In this document: one piece after another, positions 48,801 through 60,800 of the stretch
Layout: each line of letters starts with the position of its first letter
How positions within the stretch are numbered: position 1 is the stretch's first letter
Notes under the pieces: model-generated
Seen by the model: only the letters and a program-made list of their open reading frames with translations
Databases searched by the model: none
Told to the model about the DNA's origin: nothing
Translations under genes and position numbers: made by a program
Source of the DNA: Antedon mediterranea
Lineage: Eukaryota > Animalia > Echinodermata
Assembly: GCF_964355755.1 (NCBI RefSeq)
Contig: NC_092680.1
Location: 20,655,045-20,719,044 of the forward strand
Reading direction: 5' to 3'
Length of the DNA stretch: 64,000 bases

Positions 48801-51800
48801 CATTCCATTTCTGTTCTACTGCTACAGTAATTACCATCTTTTTATACCTAGTAAGTATATTTACAGGTGGTTGTAAAAGTTGGTCACCAATTTTGCTGTG
48901 GTCTTCTTCTATCTTCTGAAATATATATATACTTAATGTTATGTTTATGACTCTGTACATATTTGTTTCTTAATTATCTGAGGGAAGTGCACAAGGCAAT
49001 CAGCATGTTCACTTCTTTACAGCATATTTTATAATGATCACGAATCAATTCAATTTTGATTTATTAATACCTAAATTTTCAATTAATAAACTGTAAACAA
49101 ATTTTGAATTTTCTGGCATCAATATGTCATATGTTAGCTCAAATTTTGTGCCTCCGAATCTCCAGGTATGAAGGTGGTCTCAGGGAAATTCATTTTTCAT
49201 CGTGTACGAGAGAAAAAATATTATGCCAAGTTAACTACTCTAGGATAATATTATTATCGACCAAATATAAGAATGAGAAGTAACAGTGACTTCACTCTTT
49301 ACAGAATTATAAAATCGTGACAAAACAACTATTTAACTTATCTATATTTTGAACCGGTAATGTAAGTAAAATAATACAAATTTTAATTACATTATTTAAA
49401 TAGAGTTTAAAACAAGAAATATTTCTTACAAAAAACGCTGCTCGCTTATTGAAAAATATTTTTTATTTCAAATGTTTTTTAATGTGTCATTTTATTGTCA
49501 CATAATAGTTATTTTACCTGAAAAAAATGTAATTTAAAGCAACAAATACTTAAATTGTCTGTCAGACAATGGTTTTTGGGTTTCTTTTCTTTTTTTATAT
49601 GTGAATAAATATTATATTTTTGTTACAGAAGTGAATACTCAATTTCTGTCACTTTAGTTAATTTTATTGCTAAGGTCAAATCTGGGGGTCACTTCATCAC
49701 CCTAGATATTTCAATTGTGAAGTATCCTATTACAAACACAAACTTTAATGGACTGTTTCGATAATAATTCAATGAATATCTGACAGTGAATATACCAGAA
49801 ATGCTTAGGGATTTGTAATTTTAGCATGACATGTCCTAATAGACTCTTTCCCAGACGTTTTTTGGGTCTACTGTGAATCAATAAATTATAGTGGAGTTTC
49901 CATTTTCACAAAACTGTCTGTCCTTAGAACTATAACTGCTGCTTGCTTTAGCTTCTGATTGAGTAGTCCTAATGGGACGTAGCGGGCTAGAGCAGCAGCG
50001 TGAAAAATTATAATAATTACCTTTTCATATGACGGCTTATAAAGTCTTGTTTGAAGTTGATATTCATCATCTGCAAGCATCTTTCCAAAAATTCTTAACG
50101 ACATTATTTTCTTAACACGAAAGACATTTTTAACAAGACCCATTAGTGCATGCGAACAGAAATGATTCAAAGTTATACAACATCGACCTTTGCTTAAAGT
50201 AAAATGTATGTTCTTTTCACCATTTTTTAATGGTATGTGTTTCCATTCATCTTCAATGCGATCTTTAACAAGTAGAGTAAATTCCCAATTCTCTTCATCT
50301 ACAGCATCGTGTGGAAAAGACAATGAACAGGGCTTGTTGAAGATGGTGCCTTCTGGTCCACATTTAACAATAGGTGATATTATTGATTCAAGTGGAAGGG
50401 ATACGACAGGCAGATCTGTTTCCTCAAAAACGTTTTCTAGCGATATGTTAACTTTCTTTCCTTCTTCAATTGCTCCAGGATATATCTCCAACTTTATGTT
50501 TTCATTTTTAAGATGAAGTGTTCCACCAGTAGAGCCCACAATTAGCTCCAGTCGATCTGCAGAATGAAAATATCAGATATTAGTGATGGTGTTAATGGTG
50601 TTTTTCATGTCGTAATCATTATCTACTAGTAATTTTCTGTCAAAAATGTTGAGTTAAGTATATTCCAGTATTTAGAGCCCAATTTTAAATCTCTGCCACA
50701 CATATATAGTGGCCGAGATATGGAAATGCTACATAGATAAAAGTGAAAGGTCAATAACCTTTACTTCTAACCATTTTGTGACAAAATGTCATTTCAAACA
50801 ATTTGAGCCATAATTTGTATCTCTACGGTCAGTTGTTACCAAGATACAACATATCAAATTCAAAGGTCAAACATTTTTGGCCAAAATGTTCCATATAGAG
50901 CAAATATAAATATGTATGTTCTGAGTGTCATACCAGAAATATGTCAATAAACCAAGTAATTTAGAAGATATGGACAATTTTTGCGGTAGTCCAAACTCTT
51001 TTTTTCTGTTATTTAGTACAACCAATATTACCAAAATCAATTGAAAATACTTTTGTTGCAATTTGTTGAGGTTGCCCCCGTTTTTTAGTTAGTTCTACTC
51101 TACTATTGGTTGTGATTGGCGAGTCATTGTGGTACCTGCATTTTGGTCCTCATCACCACTGCATAAAAATGATAACAATTTCTATAGGCCTAGTATATAA
51201 TGCATTTTTACAGTTCATGAAGAAATTAGTGAATTACTTAATAACCCTTTTTATGTCATTACAATAGTAAATAAAATACCTGAATTTGAACTTGCTGTTC
51301 CAACATCACCTGCAACAAATAAAATTCACAATAATGCTTTCAATAGATGCTATAAAAATGCCATATTGTGTATGGCTGCACAGTACACTACAGATTGGTT
51401 TTTCATTCACCAGATTAAGTTAGTAGTCTTGCTAAACTGTATTAATTACTATTTTAATTACTTATTATTTGAAATTTAATTATGTTAAAATATTGGTGAT
51501 GACGATAAGCCAAAACAAACCATCAGTAAATGACAGCAACCTATCCCTCCTCTGTTCAAGATCTAACGTTTCTGCAGCAACTGTCATCTTATTCTCTTTC
51601 AAATGTTCAATAAATGATTGCAATTTGTCTTCTCTTAGGATGCCCCTTTCTTCTAGATCTAGTATCACAGTCCACTGGTTGTCATGTTGTTTTCTAGAAA
51701 CATCGTTTAGATGGATGAGCTTTGTTACATTGTCTTGGGAAAGCTTTTTTCCAAAATCAATCAGCTTCTGTCGGTACGTTGTAAAAGTTCTTACAAGATG

Positions 51801-54800
51801 GTCGGATTCCTCAAACATGTTCTTCAGATATTTGTTAGCCTCAAGAGCACCTTTGGTACTGGTGACACTGATGATATCAATAAGAACTTTAAAGTTGGTT
51901 ACGGTAAGATGGCCAGCCTGTTTCAATAAATTAAACAACTTCATGGTGGTGTCAGCCTTCTGTAGAGCATTGTAAGGCGTTATCAGATCTTTGCACAACA
52001 CCTTCAGCATATCAAGTGAAACATGCTCATCATACCAATTCGATACTTGTACCAACATTGTCTGAATTTTTTTCTCAGGTGATTCTGTATAAAAACAATA
52101 CTTACGATATCAACAGTATATAGTATAAATTGGTATATACAACCAACGAATAAGTAACAATCTTTTTTGTTATTTTACTATATATAAATATATACCTCCA
52201 AATACCCTCAATGACACTGACTCTAGCTTAGGCGCTGACACTGGCATTAGCTCTGACTCAAACTTTGAGACTGACTCTAGATCTGATGCTGGCAATGACT
52301 CTGGCTTTGGAACTAACTCTTTAGTAAGACCTAAATGCAATAACACAATACTAGCATTTGTATAGTTTTTATTTTGATTGATAATGATGAATAGTGATGA
52401 CAACGATTGAGATATAATTATGATGAAGTAATGACGACAATAAAGCATTAAAAGTCCAACTTACCAGTTGAAAAAAAGTGCTTGATATGAGCAGTTTTCA
52501 TAGCCTTCTTTCTTCCACATGGAACCAAATCATTTTGCAAACACTTGTCAAAATCAATCAAGTGATGATTACTTGGTGCACAAGCAGTGCACAACACACA
52601 TAGATTGTAGCCAATGCCCTCATAGATATTGCAAACAGTTTTCAGTTGCTCCTTCAAATAGCTTAGTACCTAAAACATGAGGTCAACGTGTTATTTATAA
52701 ATTTATATTATGTGATAACTATGTTTAAAAGTAATAATCTTTTATTTATTACCTCCATGCAGACACTTGGTTCTGGTTCAAATATCACCTCCTCTGTTTC
52801 TTTGCCATCATTAATTTCAGTCCAGCGTGATATTTCAAGCTGCGAAAATGAAAGATATTCACTTTTCACAAACTCATCTGACTATTCCCTAATACACAAT
52901 TGAACATATCTGTATGATAGAGGCATGGTGTATGGGCAGACTACTGTATAAACCAAAAATGCACAATGTTACCTATATATTTTATAGAAATTTTCAAAAG
53001 TGTACCATATTGATAGTAAAAGTAGTAATCAACTTCATACCTTTAATGCATATGGTTTTTCCTTTTCATGGTTAATTTTGACAGAACCTAAACTGACAGT
53101 GTGATTACTAAATTTGAAATCACTACGATTACGGAACACTTCTGAATCATCACTACCCTTTTCGGTCATCAATTCCAGGAATGCAACAACCAAAGTGTTG
53201 TACACAGCATCAGGAAGAAAGTCTGTCGGAGTCAGATAAATTGATACCGTTTGTGTGTCATCTGCTTTGACTTTCAGAAAGTCTTTTTTGTCAACTTTCA
53301 TTCGGCAGGGAACCAGGAATACCCGATTACCTTCTTCAATTCCCTGTTAATATAAACATCACAATTACACATAAATTGGTACAAGTGATTAGTAAGAGCT
53401 TAATCAAAGAAACGATTAAAAGTTTATCGTATTTGCCAACCTTTGTCTTCTCAAAGAGCAAACGAAAAACTTTCATCAATTCTACAAAGACATCAAAGAG
53501 ATCTTCATCTTCGTTTCTCCACAAATAACGTAGTAACTTTTCCTCAAGAACTCCTTCATTGCTCAGCTTTTCCCATAGCATCTGTAATTGCTTCCGATCT
53601 TCTGCTTCATTCTGTGCACAAAAAACACAGTAAAAATAGAACAACTGATATATTAAAGCAACCAATATAATACCAAGTTTCAAAACTATAGAAGGCTACA
53701 TTACTCAGGGTCATATTATTTTACTCTAATGTGAAATCTAGTATTATATATAATATGCCATGCTTATTATATATACCTACCACTGTAATAGTTGGCGTAA
53801 CTACTGTGATAACTTTAGTCAAAATTTTAATCATCCAGCAAATATTTGTTATCACAATGTTTCTTAATTTCTCATTAGTGCCGTTATACATGATTATTCC
53901 AGTGTCATTCAGATAAGTTATCACAGTGGTGAGCACATGTTCGGATATACCACATTGTCTTGCAATCTCACATACCTATAAATACACAAATGACATTTTA
54001 ATAAAACGGTATTTCTCAACAAAATTAGCATTAGTAAACAACAGTACTGTTTTCCTCCAACTACAAGTTAAATTATGCTTACATCAGGGAGTCTTATTTT
54101 ATAACATTCTGTGAGAAAAGCCTATACAAAGTTTAGCCTAAACAAAGAGAGTTTACTGCTTTGAATAGATTGTTTTACATGACAGCTGTTTTTAATGTGT
54201 ATATTATTTCTAACTGTATATATTTGGATTTGTGTTGTAGAAAAATGTTTTTATGTTGAAAACCAAATTAAAACCTTACCTCTGCTAAGGTAATGTTTAA
54301 CCTTGTTTTCCCAATTTTTTGCAACTTTTCCTGCAAATCAACCCACTTTACAGGAACTTTCTTCACCATTGCTTTCATGTATCTACCAACGTTTCGCTTA
54401 AGTTTTTCAATACCTTTATGTGACTTGTTATCCACCATGTACATTTCACAATCTACATGCTTGGCATACGGCATCCCTTTCATTGCATCAAACATCTGCA
54501 TGAACATCTCCTCAGCCTTTATTTGATGAAATTGTATAATCATTATAACTTTACTAATAATAAAATATGTTTCTTTTCTATCTTATACTACAAATCTGTT
54601 GAGCATATTGCAGGTTCAGTTTTGTCAAATGTTTTGTTGAATAGTTATATAAATGTATACTACAGTTATTACCTTCATCTGCTTTTCTAATTTTGTGCCT
54701 GGCAATTTGTCCATATGGGTAGCAACCAAACAGATAGGAGGTGACTCTATGCTCTTGCCATTAATTAAAATGGGGTTTCCTGAACCATGTTGTGACACAG

Positions 54801-57800
54801 TATGTTCATAAATAGACCTTACCCAGAACAAATTCACGTCCAAATTAGTCATACCAAGCGATTCCTAAAATCAAATATGGATAAACAAAAAAGGATATTG
54901 AAATTGAAACTACAATTTAACACATTTGTATTAAAACAAACAAAATTGCTAAATAATAAATTTTACTTACTATTGTCGAATCTCGTGGATTAGCTAGCTC
55001 ATTCAAGTTGTCCTCGACATTAAATGTAACACAGTATGATACTTTATTTGTGAGGAAAAACTGAAAAAAAAATACAAGTTAAGGGACCATGTATCTTTTC
55101 TTTATCTTAATTCCTTATTGTAATTAAATACCTGATTCGTTATAACTATCTTTGGATGTCATACTGGTAAAGATGGTTAAACATTGTTTGGTGTTTTAGT
55201 CAGTACCATGCACATATTATATGCAGTAATTTACAGTAATTTAATAACTGAATTTTATAATGAATTTCTAAAAATGCCGACATTTTTAGAAAGAAATGTC
55301 ACTGATATCAGATACACTGTACTAGTCTACAATATTACATTATATCGAATAGTAAAATATAGTGGTAGTACTTTACAGAATAAGTAATTATGTATTCTTT
55401 CAAGCTTTCATGTACAAAACATACTTATTCAGGTGAAGGTTAGAATAATATATAAATGCATAAAGTTTGTAAAAATGGTATTTGGGTAAGAGAACACAGT
55501 TTTACTCTGGTGGTCCATAAATTTAACTTATAGGCTTACATTGTTTGTTACTACTTTCTATTTAGGTCTAGAATAAATTATAATAACGGAAGCGAACAGA
55601 TACAATTACTTGTATCTATATTAATACCAAAATAAGGAAAATCTAGTTTTAAAGTCCAAAATTTATCTTATTAGTGTAATAAAAATGCCCCAAAACAAAC
55701 ATACCCTGTGTGTTATGTAGTAGTCTAGTTGACCAGCATAGTCCCATATACTAGTGATGTCACTCACATTTACTTTTTCTTTTCCAATTGTTTTCATCAA
55801 AATATTCAAAAGTTGCCCCCCAATTGTTGTATCATTGCTTTCTAAAACAAACATTACAATAACAGTTTTCTTTAATTAAAGACTGTGTGTATATGAAATC
55901 TACAAAATAGATTGATCAATCTGTTGTAAATCTGCAGATGATTTTAGAATGATTTTTTAATTCAGTAGTCTGTGCCTACCTTTCCCTAATTTCTTATCCA
56001 CATTTTCTGCTAATGCATGTGTACGTATTTTCTTGGATAACTCAACACCTTTACAAAGCAAGAAATATAATAAAAACATGATTGTAGACAGAGGGGGTAC
56101 GAGTTAGAGAAAGAAATACAAATAGTAGGCCCTACATATAAATAGAAATAAATAATTCATTCCTTTTAAACTTTGATAGGGTGCAAATTTATGGAATTGG
56201 TGCAATATTTCTAAAGACCACTCGAAAATATTTTAATTAAATTTAATTTAGAGCATACACATACAAATTCTTTCTAAAATTGTTCAATCTGTCTGTCTTT
56301 ATACTATGTATGTAACTGAACAATACTTTGTTTATTTGTTAATGTTCTGAGAGTTTGTTTGGTGCTGACTCACCATCTACATCTTCCACCTTCTTCCACT
56401 CACTACAATCCTTCTTTGTTGCTTGAAACACTGTAGTTGTTACGATACCATCTGTTGATGGCTCTCTGGAATTAAACCTATTATAATAATGCATAGTAAA
56501 GTTAAACATAATTAAAGAATATTCAAGACTGAAACATCTATTATTTACTTTTGTAGAACTATGCATTTAATAGTAAAAAAATCATCTAAAAATTCAATTC
56601 AATCTTCAATTCAACAGGGAATAATGTTTATTTGAATAAACAAACAGGCTTTCTATCAAAGTACTATCATCACTCATAGCGGTTATTTGTTACCTTTTAC
56701 CAAGCATAGCCTTTACACAACTAGTCTTGCCAGCACCTTCTTTCCCAAGAAACATACACCTTGAATTCACAACAGCAATCTCACCATTTTGAAGCTCATC
56801 TTTGTATATTCTAATAGCATATTTACCCTTTGAATATATCTCTGCTGGAACTAATAATTCTAATATAAAAATATTAATATAACAAATGTTTCAAATGTCA
56901 AATTTACTTTATTATTTGTTTTCTTACATAACCTCTTACAAGCTAATAATATTAACATCTAAATAGTCATTGATAAATAATTTAAATTTTGTCAAAGATG
57001 TATTTTTCCACCCAAAACATTAAAAATTTGAATAAGCCATTATGCAGTTTTAATAAAGTTATTCACTTTCGTGGAGAAAAAAAAGAACAAAAATAATAAG
57101 CAAAACAATGTCTGACAGACGACAAATATGACTATTTTTTTGCTTTAAAGAAAAAATAAAATTGTGTTCAAGTAGGCTACTCTAAATCCTTATTTTTTTC
57201 AATCCAATTTTTGGTCAAAGTGAACAAGCTTATTTACGATTGGAATATACTGCTGGAATTAATAAATGTAATATAAAAATATCAACATTTTAAACAATTT
57301 AAAATAAATTTTTATTGTTCATAAATAACCTCTTACAAGTTAAAAATAACAAAGTAAGGCATCACTTACTGTCAAAGTCAAATTTTAAAATCTTGTTTCT
57401 TTCATCTGGGTCTGTGTATCTACTATTTTCTAAAACAGTCATTGGTGTATTTCCTTCCTATAAACAAATTAATGTTTTAGTTAGTATTAAAAAATAATAT
57501 GAATTGATAATATTGGCTACTGAGCGGTACTATCCAGACACCCTTATCAAATAAAAAACCATTATCAATAGTAGACTATGATATCTATAAATATGAAAAT
57601 AAACACACATTAGTATGCTAATAATGTGTGAAAGAGACACACATGCTAGTATGCTTCATATACAGACACTACTGTACCATTAAACCAATGGTGATTTCAT
57701 GCTATCTCAAAGTCAGATTAAATAGCAAACTCCTTTATTGTATTTATTTATTATTAATAAGTATGTGTAAATGTGTGTATGTACTGTCATACAGTAATTG

Positions 57801-60800
57801 TGTATTATTGTAAATAAAACAATTACCTTATTTTGCAATGACAATGATTTCCCCTGCTGTTGTATGAGGACTTTCACTATTTCCAAGGTATAATATCTAC
57901 TACTCACATACAAATGAAGTGGAGTGTTTCCATCCTTGATAAACAAAATCATAATCATAAGTTCAATAATATTGATAAAATGTATATAAGTAATTGATAA
58001 GTGCTAAATAGACAAACAATAAATGTATAGCAAAACACATCATCTTATCACAAATGGTAAAATATACGTAGTCCTGAAAATAATTAATTTTGAAATAAAT
58101 AAATCATTTCCTTTTTGTTGATCCAATACAAGAAAACAAATAAGTATGTAATAAGTATAAATAATAAATATAATAAATAAATAAATAAGTATGTTTAAGT
58201 TTGTTTATGTAATGTCATACAGTAAGTGTATAATAGAACACATATTATAGTAAGAAGGCTATCAAAGGCAATGCAATGATCCATATTAGGTGAAATGCCT
58301 TTTAATGAACCAATCAATTTATGGTACATTTTTATATATTTTATGATGTAAATTATTTTATTTGCTATTTTGTTGTTATTATATTACAAATAGTTTAAGA
58401 CTTAAAGTAGAACTGAAAAATCTTTATATAATTATAATAATCATGAAGTTTAAAAAAAAAAACTAGATAAAATATTTTTCTGACACATTAAAGGGGGGTT
58501 CCGGGTTTAAAATGAATAGTAAAAAATGTAAAATATATTTGTTTGTCTCTTGAACGGTAAAAGTTTCAATTTATATAAGCGCCCAGTGAAGCAGAACGAA
58601 GGCTGTGAAATGAGGCCAGATTACAAGTGCAGCTACGGCGATATGACACTGTGTTACAGAATAGGAAATTCGTGAAATGATCAATCTTCCGACGACTCGT
58701 TATCATTAACCATATCAATTACTTTTGTAAAAGTATACTTATCTGATGTAATTTTAGTCGGTCTTCCCATTTATAAAGTCAATTTTCTATGAAAATTCAT
58801 CAAAACAGTGAAAAATTAGATAAGTTTGCACTTTACGTTTGCCGATTTTCGCACTGACTTAGGGAAAGCCTTCAAAATCAATGAAGCGTAACGTATACAT
58901 TCCTGCTGCAAGAGCGAGACGACGATACACGTGCTCTCTCTGCCCATGCCTGGCATCGTCACGTGATATACAGATTCAGTATACAATACCAAACTGGTCG
59001 GGTCGAGTATACCCCGTCTATAATCACAACATGAACGATGTACATACATAACAGTATTTGATTGAAGGTCGGCTCGACCTACCGGAATGGTATAGATAAT
59101 ATAGCTCGAATGAGAGAGTTGGAATATTTGTAAACATAAGTATTGCTAATTTTAACAAGTGTAGCCTGGGTGTCACGAAAGCTCAGACCACGAAAGCTCA
59201 GACCCCCTAAGACCTAAGATCACGAAAGCTAAGACCCAACACCTAAGATTACAAATACTAAGATATACTACAGCTTAAAAACAATACTTGTTTATCCATA
59301 CATAATTTTAAACACAGTAGGTTTCATTTATTACCATAAATATAATTTAATACTACCGCAAAACATAGATAAAGTCACATTATTTTCGCCCGTTGAGTAA
59401 ATGTATATTTTTTCTTTACAACAAACAAACTTGACGGGTTGTTTGTTGGTATATATTTACTCCATTGTGTTGGTTCAGAGGATGTTTTTCTTACGCACCT
59501 GCCTTTCTTGTATTTTGACTCCAAATTTGTTGACTAACTTTATCCTGAACACCACACTTTAAAATTAGGACTTATAAGTACTTTCAGAAGGAGAAACACA
59601 TAATAACAAATAAATAAATCCTTTAAATTGATGATTTTACAGATGTGTTTCTTTGTATACTGTAATGACAATGTAACTCCTCGAGCTCCCCATGCTCAAT
59701 GTTTTTGTTTCTATGGAGCGCCAAAAGAGCAACAATAATAGTACAAGTATAAAAACAGAAAGAAAACGAAACAAAAAAACTTATCATGATTTTTAAATTA
59801 AAATTTATTTGCCAGTATTTATTTCTTCGTACTTGCATGATTATACTATTATCATTACAATTTTAATTTTACATTGTTCCATCCACACTGTAGATGGACT
59901 CCACAGAGTTTTCAGCCCTCTATATAATTTTTGCTCTTTTGACGTTCCATAGAAACAAAAACATTGAACATGGCCCATGGGGTAGGCCTACTGTACTGTA
60001 GGCTAGTCATTTTGTGTGCGAGAAAAACGTCTGTAAAATCATCAATTTAAAAATGTATTTGTTACTTTTTATGTGATTCTTTTTCATGAAAGTGCCAATT
60101 CTAAGGTGTGGTATTCAGAATAAATGTTGGGAGTTAAAATACAAGGCAGGTGCGAAAGATAAATATTTGTAATCTTAGGTGTTGGTGTTATGCGCGATTT
60201 GAACGATTTGCGCAATTTGAAATTGCGCAAAAAAATCCTTGCGCAATTTGAAATTGCGCAAAGAATTCTTGCGCAATTTAAAATTGCGCAAGGATTTTTT
60301 TGCGCAATTTCAAATTGCGCAATCAACTTGCGCAATTTCAAATTGCGCAAGAAAATCTTTGCGCAATTTTAAATTGCGCTGCACAATTTGTAAATTGCGC
60401 AAGATAGTTCTTGCGCAATATGACACCTTTGCGCAATTTGAAAACGAACTGTAAATTTTCCCATACATGGCTAGGCTAGGCCTAGGCAGAGGAGTTTAAA
60501 ATTTAGTATTTTATTATATAAATAAGACCATTTCAATGAAGATAATGTTTAATACTCACTTTTTAAGTTTTTAATATTAGTTTAAGCTAGGCCATGTAAC
60601 CTAGTCAGTATCAGTAGTCCAGACCCTAGCTAGGCTAGAGTAGTATAGCCGGCCGCCCGCGCCGCGCCCGCCTGGTGGAACACCACCGCTTCGTTTTCCT
60701 TCGTCGGTTCTTCGACAATATGCTAACTTATACAGTAACAATATTTGCACTACTAAAAATAAGGAAATGCGATATTTATCTTTAATTTTGAATCATTCTT

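Noticed and set aside
57240-57345. Extra Roc exon
   Set aside because: A short degenerate duplicate of the 56830-56945 acceptor region with the AG mutated and no open frame.
60084-60454. LRNLKLRK-repeat ORFs
   Set aside because: Translations of the TTGCGCAA palindromic repeats of a MITE.
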